A stretch of DNA of 64,000 bases from Myxococcales bacterium. GTDB lineage: Bacteria > Myxococcota_A > Polyangia > Polyangiales > DASUME01. The translations under genes and the position numbers were made by a program. This document shows, one piece after another, positions 10,275-19,817 of the stretch (position 1 is its first letter; each line of letters begins with the position of its first letter). Location of the stretch: contig JASGJH010000001.1 of assembly GCA_047601445.1 (NCBI GenBank), positions 5,600,001-5,664,000 of the forward strand, read 5' to 3'. The notes under the pieces were generated by a model. That model was not told the origin of the DNA and made no database searches. It worked only from the letters and a program-made list of their open reading frames with translations.

Positions 10275-12968
10275 ATGCTGCGCACGCTTTTCCCAGTGCT
10301 CGTGCTCGCGCTGGTGGCCTTTGGGTCCTCCATGCGGGAAGTCGCTCTGGCACAGGGCCCCGCCCCCGCTGCTCCGACGGCTCCTTCCGATGGAACGTCC
10401 CCTGCGCCGATCGAGCGCACGCCCGAGAGCGACGAGGTGGACCCGAACGCGCTGGTGGAGCCCAAGCTCCTGGCCTTCGTGGAAGCCGGCTACCCCGAGC
10501 AAGCGCGGGCGCAGCGTCTCGAGGCCAAGGTGCTGCTGGTGATCACCATCGGCAGCGACGGCTTCGTGGAAGACGTACAACTCGCGGGCGAGCCCATCGG
10601 TTACGGCTTCGACGAGCTGGCGGTCAGCGCAGCGCGCCGGTTCGTGTTCGAGCCAGCCAAGCGTGGCCAGGAGCCCATGCGCGCGCGGGTACGCTACCTG
10701 TACGAGTTCCGTTACCCGGGAGACGCGCCCGGCGAACCTGCGGCCGAGCAGGCCGCGCCGAGTGGGCGTCTCGAGCTCACGCTGTTGAGCGCCGTCGATG
10801 GCGCACCGCTCTTGGGCGCCGAGGTCCACATCACTGCACGCGCCGACCCGAGCCGTGTGGTGCACTCCTTCAGCGATGCGCAGGGCAAGCTGGTGGCGGA
10901 CAAGCTGATCACCGGCGCCTACGAGATCAGCGTGAGCGCCCAGGGCATGGCCCCGGAGCTCGCGCAGGAAGAAGTGATCGCGGGCGAGGTCACGCAACTC
11001 GTGTACCGGCTGAGCCCCGAGAGCCAGGAAGATCAGGGCTACGGAGCCACCGCGCGCATCCAGGCCCCGCCGCGCGAGGTGACGCGCCGGACCATCGAGC
11101 GCGAGGAGCTCACGCGGGTGGCGGGCACCAAGGGCGACGCACTGCGCACCATCGAGCTCTTGCCGGGTGTGTCCCGTCCGCCCTTCGGCGCTGGTCTGGT
11201 GCTGATCCGCGGTTCGGCGCCGCAGGACTCACAGGTGCTGCTCAACGGCGTGCCGGTGCCTCTGCTCTACCACTTCGGCGGCCTGACCAGCTTCATCAAC
11301 TCGCGTGCGCTGCAGCGCATCGACTTCTACCCGGGCAACTTCTCCGCGCGCTACGGCCGCCAGATCGGCGGCATCATCGACGTGGGTATGCGCGACCCGG
11401 CCACCGACAAGATCCACGGCGTGCTCGACATGAACGTGCCGCTCGACTCGTCGCTGCTGGTCGAGGGTCCGATCACCAAGAAGCTGTCGTTCTTGGCCGC
11501 GGGTCGCCGCAGCTACTTCGGCGAAGTCATGAAGGCGACCATCCCTCCCGGGACCCTCAATCAGTTCGCCGCGCCGGTCTACAAGGACTACCAGCTGTTC
11601 CTGAACTACCGCCCCACCTCGCGCGACAAGATCCGGCTCTCCGGCTACGGCTCGAGCGATCGGCTCGAGGTGCTCTTCAAGGACGTGCCGGACGACGACC
11701 CCAGCATCACCGGCCTCGAGCTCGGCTTGAACTTCCACCGCCAGCAACTCGGCTGGGAGCACCGCTACTCGCCCAAGCTCGATCACACCATCGAGGCCAG
11801 CTACGGGCGCATCAATCAGGAGTTCCAGGTCGGCGAGAACATCAACTTCGACCTGAAGAACGACAACGTATATCTGCGCGCGGAGTGGCGCTACAACCTG
11901 AGCGAGCGCGTCCAGCTCACGAGCGGCACGGACACCTGGGTCGATATCTTCGAGGTCAACTACCGCGGACCACCACCCCAGGGCAACAACTCCGGCAGCG
12001 ACTGCATGAGCTGCAAACAGGATGTCGCCGTCCTCGAGACCGGCACGCGCGCCATGCCCGGCATCTACTCGGAGATCGCCCTGCGGCCCACCGACAAGTG
12101 GCGGCTGATCCCGAGCATGCGCATCGACTACTTCAGCGACATCAACTGGTTTGCGTTCGATCCGCGCTTCGCAGGCTTCTACCAGGCGACCAAGAAGCTG
12201 CGCATCAAGGCCGGCGCGGGCGTGTTCTCGCAGCCGCCAGCGCCGCCCGAACAAACCAAGTCGCTCGGCAATCCGAACCTGACGCCCACCAAGTCCATGC
12301 ACTACAGCGCGGGCGTCGACTACCAGTTCACCGATGATCTGTCCCTCGGCATCGAGGGCTTCTACAAGAGCATCACCAACCGCGTGGTGGTCGGAGACGA
12401 TCAGGCAGCGGCCGAACAAGGGCGAACGGCGCTTCCCTACGTCAACAACGGCATCGGTCGCATCTACGGGCTCGAGGTCGCCGGCCGCAAGCAGATCAAG
12501 GGACGCTGGTTCGGCTTCCTCTCCTACACGCTGATGCGCAGCCAGCGCAAAGACGCCAATGGCCCCTGGTATCTGTACGACTTCGACCAGACGCACATCT
12601 TCGCCGCGGCGGCCACGGTGATCCTCGGCCGCGGCTGGGAAGCGGGCGGCGTCATGCGCTTCGTGAGCGGCAACCCCGAGACGCCGATCATCGGCGCCTA
12701 CCAAAACAGCGTCGGCGGCCCCGCCAACTACCAGAGCGTGTACGGCAAGCTCAACTCGGCACGCGCGCCCTCCTTCAACCGTCTCGATCTGCGCGTCCAG
12801 AAGACCTGGAGCTTCGACCAGTGGAAGCTCGCGCTCTACCTGGACGTCCAGAACAGTTACAACCGCAAGAACGTGGAAACCGTGAGCTACGGCTACGACT
12901 ACCGACAGCGTGCCAACGTGAACGGCCTGCCGATCATCCCGATCATCGGCCTGCGAGGTGAACTGTGA
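10275..12968 (+). CDS. TonB-dependent receptor with N-terminal TonB_C-like and carboxypeptidase-regulatory-like domains
   Basis: YPEQARAQRLEAKV...FDELAVSAARRFVFEPA (TonB_C); plug motif LPGV...IRGS...YHFGG...YPGNFSARYG; beta-barrel C-terminus. Confidence 0.88.
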   Translation: MLRTLFPVLVLALVAFGSSMREVALAQGPAPAAPTAPSDGTSPAPIERTPESDEVDPNALVEPKLLAFVEAGYPEQARAQRLEAKVLLVITIGSDGFVEDVQLAGEPIGYGFDELAVSAARRFVFEPAKRGQEPMRARVRYLYEFRYPGDAPGEPAAEQAAPSGRLELTLLSAVDGAPLLGAEVHITARADPSRVVHSFSDAQGKLVADKLITGAYEISVSAQGMAPELAQEEVIAGEVTQLVYRLSPESQEDQGYGATARIQAPPREVTRRTIEREELTRVAGTKGDALRTIELLPGVSRPPFGAGLVLIRGSAPQDSQVLLNGVPVPLLYHFGGLTSFINSRALQRIDFYPGNFSARYGRQIGGIIDVGMRDPATDKIHGVLDMNVPLDSSLLVEGPITKKLSFLAAGRRSYFGEVMKATIPPGTLNQFAAPVYKDYQLFLNYRPTSRDKIRLSGYGSSDRLEVLFKDVPDDDPSITGLELGLNFHRQQLGWEHRYSPKLDHTIEASYGRINQEFQVGENINFDLKNDNVYLRAEWRYNLSERVQLTSGTDTWVDIFEVNYRGPPPQGNNSGSDCMSCKQDVAVLETGTRAMPGIYSEIALRPTDKWRLIPSMRIDYFSDINWFAFDPRFAGFYQATKKLRIKAGAGVFSQPPAPPEQTKSLGNPNLTPTKSMHYSAGVDYQFTDDLSLGIEGFYKSITNRVVVGDDQAAAEQGRTALPYVNNGIGRIYGLEVAGRKQIKGRWFGFLSYTLMRSQRKDANGPWYLYDFDQTHIFAAAATVILGRGWEAGGVMRFVSGNPETPIIGAYQNSVGGPANYQSVYGKLNSARAPSFNRLDLRVQKTWSFDQWKLALYLDVQNSYNRKNVETVSYGYDYRQRANVNGLPIIPIIGLRGEL

Positions 12969-14407
12969 GAGCCCGGCACCTCGCGCGCATTCTGCCTCTC
13001 TCGCTGCTGCTGACCGGCTGCGGGGCCGACCTCACGCAACCGTGGGAAGTCGTGGGGCCCCACGCGTACGGGTCGCGCATCGAAGTGACGAACGAGCCGT
13101 CGCGCTCCATGCCGCGTCTCGGAGAGTCCTTCGTGCTGCACGAGTACGTGGCAGGCGCCGACGAACTCACGGTGCCCCTGGCCGAGCGCTACGACATGAA
13201 GCTCACCATCTGCGTGGGGTTCGTGGCGCCCAATGGCACCACCGTATGCGTGCCCCTGGACAAGGGCATCGTCGACGCGCTCGAGTCCGGCATCACGGCC
13301 ACGGTCGTCAACACCAACGAGATCGTCACGAGCCCGATCACGCTGCCCTCGAAGGAACAGATCCTGCCGTTCGTCGACGAGCAGCTGCTGGCGCTGTTCG
13401 ATCAGATCAACCAGGTCGCGCTCATCGGAGCGGTCTGCGTACAGGGCGCGGTGGAGCGCGTGGACGGCACGTCTGCCGACAAGAACCCGCCGACCGAACT
13501 GTTCCGCTGCGAGAGCCAAGTGGGATCCATCTACAAGGATCCGCTGGTCTTCCTCACCACGGTGTTCCTGGACCTCGAGAAGGACACGCCCAATCACAAT
13601 CCGTCGTTCGAGTGCGACAAGGACCCGGCGGCGCAGACCAACGCCTGCAACGCTGGCGTGGTGCACGAGCTCGAGGAGCCTGGTGACGCTGGAGCCCGCC
13701 CCCAGTCTGCGGACGAACCCGACATCAGCGAACCTGGCGGGAATGAACCCGACGCCGACGCCGGAGCCCTCGAGGACGCCGCGGCGCCAGAAGCGCCCGA
13801 GGATGCAGCGGTCCCAGGAGCCCTCCCAGACGCGGGCACCGGGGGTGCTTCCCAAGACGCCGTGCCCGGGGCGATCGTCCTGGTGAGTCCAGCGAATAAG
13901 CGCGACGCCAAGGCGCCCCGTACGGTCCAGCCCTGGTATCCGGTGTTCTCGCCTACCAAGACCGACCTGCCCTGGACAGGTTGCGATGACGACCCCGGCT
14001 TGCCGATGGTGAAGGTTGGCAGCGGTGAGTGGCTGGTACGCGTACGCGTGGATGCCTCGGACCGTGAGGTCTACTCGTACCAAGCGGAGGAGTACGGCAA
14101 GCCGGTCATGCACGAGACCCGTGAAGAGCCCTTCGTGACCGTCGGGCTGACGGAACACGGCGGGGAAATCGACCACTTCACCTCCGTGGTCAGCAGAGAT
14201 CTCGACGACGCCAAGGCCGAGATCGAGGCGGCCTACACGGCGCCCAAGAAGAACCCCAGCGGTGCGGGTAACGTGCCGACCAACGGACGCCTGGTGCGCT
14301 TCTACTTCACCCTCAACGACAGACGCGGCGGCTACGCGTTCGCCACGCGTGACTTGTGCCTGGTCCCCAAGGACCACGTGAGCCCCGCCAGCCTGGAGCA
14401 CCCCTAG
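12965..14407 (+). CDS. Hypothetical lipoprotein translationally coupled to the TonB-dependent receptor
   Basis: Lipobox LLTGC; GTGA overlap; acidic DAG-rich linker; several Cys. Confidence 0.75.
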   Translation: MRARHLARILPLSLLLTGCGADLTQPWEVVGPHAYGSRIEVTNEPSRSMPRLGESFVLHEYVAGADELTVPLAERYDMKLTICVGFVAPNGTTVCVPLDKGIVDALESGITATVVNTNEIVTSPITLPSKEQILPFVDEQLLALFDQINQVALIGAVCVQGAVERVDGTSADKNPPTELFRCESQVGSIYKDPLVFLTTVFLDLEKDTPNHNPSFECDKDPAAQTNACNAGVVHELEEPGDAGARPQSADEPDISEPGGNEPDADAGALEDAAAPEAPEDAAVPGALPDAGTGGASQDAVPGAIVLVSPANKRDAKAPRTVQPWYPVFSPTKTDLPWTGCDDDPGLPMVKVGSGEWLVRVRVDASDREVYSYQAEEYGKPVMHETREEPFVTVGLTEHGGEIDHFTSVVSRDLDDAKAEIEAAYTAPKKNPSGAGNVPTNGRLVRFYFTLNDRRGGYAFATRDLCLVPKDHVSPASLEHP

Positions 14408-14558
14408 GTCAGGCTCGGCGGTGCACTGGTCGCCCGCTGGCCGCAAGGCCCGCGGCAACCCCATCGAGGCCAGGCCCGACCAAGACGCCCCCAGGGTCCC
14501 CTTTCGGGAGCCGGCTCGATTGACACCCCGAAGCCACCTCCCTACGCTTTGGCCGCGC

Positions 14559-15887
14559 ATGTTCGACCGCATCGGAAACTGCGAGATCCTCGAAGAAATC
14601 GGCAGCGGCGGCATGGCGACCGTGTTCAAGGCCGTGCAGCAGCCCCTGGGACGCACCGTAGCCATCAAGGCGCTCAAGCCCTCCATCGCGGTAGACAGCC
14701 AGTTCGCCAAGCGCTTCGAGCGTGAAGCCCACTTCATGGCGTCCCTGCAGCACGAGAACATCCTGCACGTGCATGACTTCCTCAAGCAGGAAGGCTCCAT
14801 GTTCATCGTGATGGAGTACGTGCAGGGCATCGACCTGTTCGACCTGCTCGAGCGCAGGGCGCAGCTGCCCGTGGACGTGGCGGCCATCATCGCGTTGCAG
14901 GTGGCCCGCGCGCTCGACTACGCCCACTTCCGCGGCATCGTGCACCGCGACGTCAAGCCCGCCAACATCATGATCTCGCGCCAGGGCGAGGTGAAGCTGA
15001 TGGACTTCGGCATCGCGCGCGACGACTCGATGCGCGACCTCACCGAGACGGGCACCGGACTCGGCACCCCGAGCTACATGAGCCCGGAGCAGATCCTGGG
15101 CGACAAGCTCGACTTCCGCAGCGACCTCTTCTCGCTCGGCATCGTGCTGTACCAGATGGTCACGGGGCAGAAGCCCTTCGTCGAGGACGACTCGCACACC
15201 GTGATGCAGAAGATCCGCCTCGACCGCTACACGCCGCCGCGCAAGCTCAACCCGCTGGTGCCGCGCGCGCTCGAGCACATCATGGCGCGGTGCATGGAGA
15301 AGATGCCCGCCAACCGCTACGGCAGCACGCAGGCCATGATCGACGACTTGGTGGAGTTCCTGGCGACGGTGGTGCCCATCAACCACAACGCGCGCCTGGT
15401 GATGTTCCTGCGCGAAGCCGCGGTGATCACCGACGCCGAAGCCGATGAGATCCTCGAGGCAGCAGGCTCACGCGCGGCGCGGCAACGCGGCACCGACCGC
15501 ACGCTGGTGCGCCACGTGGGCCTGGCCATGGGCGCGCTCACGTTCTGCATCGGACTCAGCGGCGCAGCGATTCAAAAGGTGGCGGGCAGCTTCCAGGAGC
15601 GCCAGGCCACGCGCGTGATCGGTGAGGTCCTCACCCCCGAGCAAGCCGGCTTTTTGCAGGTCGTGGTCGATCCCTGGGCCGAGGTGCACGTGGACGGCAA
15701 GTTGCTGGCGGTCACGCCCATCGCCGAGCCCATCATGCTGGCGCCAGGCAGCCACTACGTGAAGCTGCAGAACCCGCACTTTGCGCCGTACGGGCGGGAG
15801 GTCGTGATCGAGCGCGGCGAGAGCGTGCGCGTGGAGGCCAAGCTCGCAGACAAGCCCAAGGGGTCGTCGGCCGGAGCCCAACCGTGA
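14559..15887 (+). CDS. Membrane Ser/Thr protein kinase with C-terminal PEGA domain
   Basis: IGSGGMA, VAIK, HRDVKPAN, DFG, GTPSYMSPEQ; TM segment; PWAEVHVDG...TP...LAPGSH PEGA motif. Confidence 0.93.
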   Translation: MFDRIGNCEILEEIGSGGMATVFKAVQQPLGRTVAIKALKPSIAVDSQFAKRFEREAHFMASLQHENILHVHDFLKQEGSMFIVMEYVQGIDLFDLLERRAQLPVDVAAIIALQVARALDYAHFRGIVHRDVKPANIMISRQGEVKLMDFGIARDDSMRDLTETGTGLGTPSYMSPEQILGDKLDFRSDLFSLGIVLYQMVTGQKPFVEDDSHTVMQKIRLDRYTPPRKLNPLVPRALEHIMARCMEKMPANRYGSTQAMIDDLVEFLATVVPINHNARLVMFLREAAVITDAEADEILEAAGSRAARQRGTDRTLVRHVGLAMGALTFCIGLSGAAIQKVAGSFQERQATRVIGEVLTPEQAGFLQVVVDPWAEVHVDGKLLAVTPIAEPIMLAPGSHYVKLQNPHFAPYGREVVIERGESVRVEAKLADKPKGSSAGAQP

Positions 15888-16807
15888 GAGCTGTCGCGCA
15901 GTTCCTCTTGGCTGCTTGCCTTGCGTGTCTCCCGGCAGGACTCGCGACCGCCCAGGACCTCGCCTACGTGCACGTAGTGAGGAACGGCGAGACGCTGGCC
16001 TCCATCGCGCAGAGCTACTACGGCGATCCCAAGCGCGAAAACGTGCTGGTGGCGGAGAACGGCCTGTTGGCCCAGGGCGGCGCGGCCATCGTCGAGGGCC
16101 TGCGCCTGATCATCCCCACCGTCAGCTATCACCGCGTGCAGGCCGGCGACACCTGGAAAGACCTGGCCCAGCGCTACTACGGCGATCCATCGCGCGCCGT
16201 GGCGCTGTTGCGCGCCAACCAGGCCAAGCCCGGCAGCACCCCCGACGAGGGCGCCCAGCTGTTGATCCCCTACCCGGTGCGCCACATCATCGAGCAGGGG
16301 GAGTCGCTGCTGGTGGTGGCGGAGCAGTACTACAAAGACCGCAACGATCTGCGCATCCTCAAGGCCTTCAACGCCAGCAAGGCGCCGCTCAAGCGCGGCC
16401 ACGTCATCCTGGTCCCGTTGTTCGACCTCGTGCTCTCCGAGGAAGGGCGGGCCCGCCTCTCTGCGAGTGGACAAAAAATCGAAGGCGGCGAGACTCGCGC
16501 GGCGCAGTCCAAGGTCGACGAGCAACTTCCGCTGCTCCACGAGCACGTCGTGAAGGGCCGCTTCGTGGAAGCGGTCGCGCTCGGTAACCAGCTGCTCGGC
16601 TCCGGCCAGCTCACCGGTCATCAGGAGATCAGCATCCAGCGCGAACTCGCCACCGCCTACGTGGCGCTCGGACGCAACGACCTGGCCGTGGTGGCATTCG
16701 GCAAGGCCCTGCAAAAGCAGCCCGACCTGGAGCTCGATTCCGCGCGCACCTCACCGCGCGTGCTCAAGGCGCTCGAAGACGCCAAGAGTGCGCGCCAGGC
16801 GCACTAA
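15884..16807 (+). CDS. Secreted protein with three LysM domains and a C-terminal TPR-like region
   Basis: Signal peptide; HVVRNGETLASIAQSYYG, HRVQAGDTWKDLAQRYYG, HIIEQGESLLVVAEQYY; LATAYVALGRNDLAVVAFGKAL. Confidence 0.85.
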   Translation: MRAVAQFLLAACLACLPAGLATAQDLAYVHVVRNGETLASIAQSYYGDPKRENVLVAENGLLAQGGAAIVEGLRLIIPTVSYHRVQAGDTWKDLAQRYYGDPSRAVALLRANQAKPGSTPDEGAQLLIPYPVRHIIEQGESLLVVAEQYYKDRNDLRILKAFNASKAPLKRGHVILVPLFDLVLSEEGRARLSASGQKIEGGETRAAQSKVDEQLPLLHEHVVKGRFVEAVALGNQLLGSGQLTGHQEISIQRELATAYVALGRNDLAVVAFGKALQKQPDLELDSARTSPRVLKALEDAKSARQAH

Positions 16808-16855
16808 CTAGTCTTGTTTCCGCGCAATATTGAGCAAGCTAACAAGTGAGGCGAC

Positions 16856-16882
16856 CTGGCACTCGTACGCCATGAGTGCCAA
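16856..16882. promoter_or_regulatory. CIRCE element (HrcA operator)
   Basis: CTGGCACTC-N9(GTACGCCAT)-GAGTGCCAA, matching the CIRCE consensus TTAGCACTC-N9-GAGTGCTAA with the common A>G / T>C variation. Confidence 0.85.
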
Positions 16883-16932
16883 CAAAAGCAGGCCCGGCTC
16901 TCCCACTCGTTCCGTGTGTCGTGGTACCGAGA

Positions 16933-17538
16933 ATGATGGACTCGCGCGACTCGCATCCGCCGCGCATCGAGTGTCACCACGATTTGCGCGCCTTTTTTCA
17001 CGAGACCCTCACGCGTGCTCTGGCCACGCGTGGCGTGGAAGCGCCCCCACCGACCGAGCACTATTTGGTGGGACTGCTCGCGCTGCTGGGTCACAACACC
17101 GCCCCGCTCTCACGCTCCCTGGTGGAGCTAGAGCTCGACGCGGGCCAGCACGAAGATGTGAGCCGCCTCGAACGGCTGCGCAGTCTGGGCGACCAGGCGC
17201 TGTCCGTGATGGGCTTGTTCGATGCGCACCTCGAGCGCCATGGCATCTCACGCTCCTACGTGGCCGATGTGGGTGCACGTGCCTATCGCCACGCGGGTCA
17301 GCTTGCAGGGCTACGCCGACGGGCGCAGGCCGAGGTGTTCCTGGACCTCGGAACACGCTTCTCCACCTACGCCCAGGTGCTCGAACAGGTGCGCGAGACG
17401 ACCGCCCTCGGCACCCCCGACGACGTGCTCTCGCTCTACGAACGCTATCAGCGCAGCCATTCGCCGGCTCTGATGGAGCGCCTGGTCGCCCACGGCGTCT
17501 TTGCGGTGGGTGACGCCAGCGACGACGAGCTGTCCTGA
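16933..17538 (+). CDS. Hypothetical all-helical protein downstream of CIRCE
   Basis: 201-aa ORF with genome-like codon usage; pattern TEHYLVGLL...LRSLGDQALSVMGLF...Y...GARAY resembles a widespread hypothetical family (from memory). Confidence 0.75.
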   Translation: MMDSRDSHPPRIECHHDLRAFFHETLTRALATRGVEAPPPTEHYLVGLLALLGHNTAPLSRSLVELELDAGQHEDVSRLERLRSLGDQALSVMGLFDAHLERHGISRSYVADVGARAYRHAGQLAGLRRRAQAEVFLDLGTRFSTYAQVLEQVRETTALGTPDDVLSLYERYQRSHSPALMERLVAHGVFAVGDASDDELS

Positions 17539-17700
17539 CCGGTCTCCTAGCGGCACGCGTACGACCCAGCGGAGAGGGCGAGCACCCGGGAAACGGCCTC
17601 GTGTAACGTGGCGGTCACCGAGACCCCATACGGGGACGTCTAGCTCGACCGTGACCCGTGTTGCGGAGGGGCGGGGGGTACGCTAGTTGCGTGGGGCCCA

Positions 17701-18699
17701 ATGACCTGGTTTTGGACTGGCTTCATCGTCCTCGTGTTGTGCCTGCTCGCCCTCGACCTGGGCGTGCTCAATAAGCGAGCCCACCAGCCTTCCATCAAGG
17801 AAGCGCTCGGCTGGACGGCAGGCTGGATCACGCTCGGAGTGCTGTTCTCGGGCGTCGTCTACTACATCTACGAGCACAAGCTCTACAGCCAGATCGAGGG
17901 CTCCGGCACCATCCCCTACGGCGGTGCCGACGCCATGCTCACCTACCTCACGGGCTTCGTGCTCGAGGAGTCCCTGAGCATCGACAACCTGTTCGTGATG
18001 GTGCTGATCTTCCGAAGCTACAAGATCCCCGGCACCTACCAGCATCGCGTGCTGTTCTGGGGCATCCTCGGCGCCATCGTGATGCGCGCCATCATGATCC
18101 TGGGCGGCGTCTGGCTGGTCACCCACTTCCACTGGGTCATGTACCTGTTCGGCATGTACCTGGTGGTGCAGGGTCTCCTGCAGTTCAAGCCTGAAAAAGA
18201 GGACGAGGACGACGACGAGTCGCCTGCCAAGACCTGGCTGGAGAAGCTCATCGGCCGCGTGCTGCCCGTGACCCGTGAGTCCAACCCGGAGGGTCACTTC
18301 GTGATGCGCCTCGGGCCGGAGAACAAGCTGCACGCGACCCAGCTCCTGGTGGCCCTGATCAGCGTCGAGGCCGCCGACGTGGTGTTCGCGCTCGACTCGG
18401 TGCCCGCGGTGCTCACGGTCTCCACCGACCCCTTCATCGTGTTCACTTCGAACGTGTTCGCGATCCTCGGGCTACGCAGCCTCTACTTCGTCATCGCCGG
18501 CATGATGGATCGCTTCGGACACCTGAAGTACGCCCTGGCCGCCATCCTCATCTTCGTGGGCGCCAAGATGTGCCTCCACAAGATCGTGCACATCCCGATC
18601 TCGCTCTCCCTGGTCTTCATCGTGAGCGCGGTGATCGCGGGGGTGCTCACGTCGATGTACGCGTCGCGCGGCGCCGCGCACAAAGACAGCGAAGCCTGA
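17701..18699 (+). CDS. TerC/Alx family metal-homeostasis membrane protein
   Basis: ESLSIDNLFV, QHRVLFWGILGAIVMR, DVVFALDSVPA, TSNVFAILGLRSLYF. Confidence 0.93.
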   Translation: MTWFWTGFIVLVLCLLALDLGVLNKRAHQPSIKEALGWTAGWITLGVLFSGVVYYIYEHKLYSQIEGSGTIPYGGADAMLTYLTGFVLEESLSIDNLFVMVLIFRSYKIPGTYQHRVLFWGILGAIVMRAIMILGGVWLVTHFHWVMYLFGMYLVVQGLLQFKPEKEDEDDDESPAKTWLEKLIGRVLPVTRESNPEGHFVMRLGPENKLHATQLLVALISVEAADVVFALDSVPAVLTVSTDPFIVFTSNVFAILGLRSLYFVIAGMMDRFGHLKYALAAILIFVGAKMCLHKIVHIPISLSLVFIVSAVIAGVLTSMYASRGAAHKDSEA

Positions 18700-18891
18700 A
18701 CGAAATCCCAGTAATTTCCGGGCTGGTCCCCGCTCGGGTCGGCGGCTGGGCCGTCTGAACGGCCGGCACGGGCACGTTTACGGGCACTTGGGCGGGTCCG
18801 GCGACTTGACGGATCAGGCGTGAGAGGCCACAAAAGGGCCCTCGTTTTGGCCGTCCCCCCGGGGCGCGCCCTGCGGTGTTGGAGAGCAACC

Positions 18892-19128
18892 ATGTCGAAG
18901 GTATGTGAAGTCAGCGGCAAGAGCGCGATGCGTGGCCACAAGGTGTCCCACTCGAACCGCAAGGCCATCAAGTTCACCGAGCCGAACCTCCAGGAGAAGC
19001 GCTTCTGGTTCACCGGTGAGAGCCGCTGGATCAAGCTCCGCCTCTCGGTCGCTGCCATGCGCGAAATCGACAAGCGCGGCATCGACGCGGTGGTGCGCGA
19101 CCTGCGCGCCGCCGGCAAGAAGGTCTGA
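18892..19128 (+). CDS. rpmB: 50S ribosomal protein L28
   Basis: MSKVCEVSGK...GHKVSHSN...PNLQEKRFW...IDKRGID; SD-like GGAGAG upstream. Confidence 0.95.
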   Translation: MSKVCEVSGKSAMRGHKVSHSNRKAIKFTEPNLQEKRFWFTGESRWIKLRLSVAAMREIDKRGIDAVVRDLRAAGKKV

Positions 19129-19224
19129 GCCCGCCAGGGGCTAGTTCGAGAGCCTTTGCGGCTCTCCGAGCGCCTGCCTGCGATTGCCCTACGCTTCCCA
19201 AAAGGGAAGCTGTAGAACGGCAAT

Positions 19225-19794
19225 ATGATCCTCTCCGATCGCGATATTCGAGCGCGGCTCCAGCAGGGTGACCTGAGCATCGAGCCGCTCGAAGACCCGG
19301 AGCTCCAGATCCAGCCGGCTAGCGTAGACCTGCGCCTCGACTCGAGGTTCATCGTCTACAAGCTGCCCCACGTGCCGGTCATCGACCCACGCAGCCCGGA
19401 GACCCTGGAGAGCTACACGAGCCCGGTGAGCATCGCCCCCGGCGAGCCCTTCGTGCTGCACCCCGGCGAGTTCGCCCTGGGCTCCACCATCGAGCGCGTG
19501 CGTATCCCGAACGATCTGGTGGCGCGGGTCGAAGGGCGCTCGAGCTTCGGGCGCTTGGCAGTGGTGGTACATGCCACCGCGGGCTTCGTCGATCCGGGCT
19601 TCGAGGGGCAAATCACGCTCGAGCTCTCGAACCTCGGGCGCTGCGCGGTGCTGCTGTATCCGGGTACGCGCATCAGCCAGCTGGTGCTGCAGACCATGAC
19701 CAGCCCAGCGGAGCGGCCCTATGGCACCGCGCGCGGCAGCAAGTATCAGGGCCAGATGGGCCCCGTGATGAGCCGTGTGAACCGGGACAAGTAG
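19225..19794 (+). CDS. dcd: dCTP deaminase
   Basis: [54 protein letters not shown]. Confidence 0.95.
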   Translation: MILSDRDIRARLQQGDLSIEPLEDPELQIQPASVDLRLDSRFIVYKLPHVPVIDPRSPETLESYTSPVSIAPGEPFVLHPGEFALGSTIERVRIPNDLVARVEGRSSFGRLAVVVHATAGFVDPGFEGQITLELSNLGRCAVLLYPGTRISQLVLQTMTSPAERPYGTARGSKYQGQMGPVMSRVNRDK

Positions 19795-19817
19795 GCTCGA
19801 CCGAGCATACTCCCTTC

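Noticed and set aside
17540..17700. yybP-ykoY (Mn2+) riboswitch expected upstream of the terC/alx-like gene
   Set aside because: The conserved GGGGAGUA and CGUCA motifs are not visible; only a GAGACC fragment is present. An Infernal scan would be needed.
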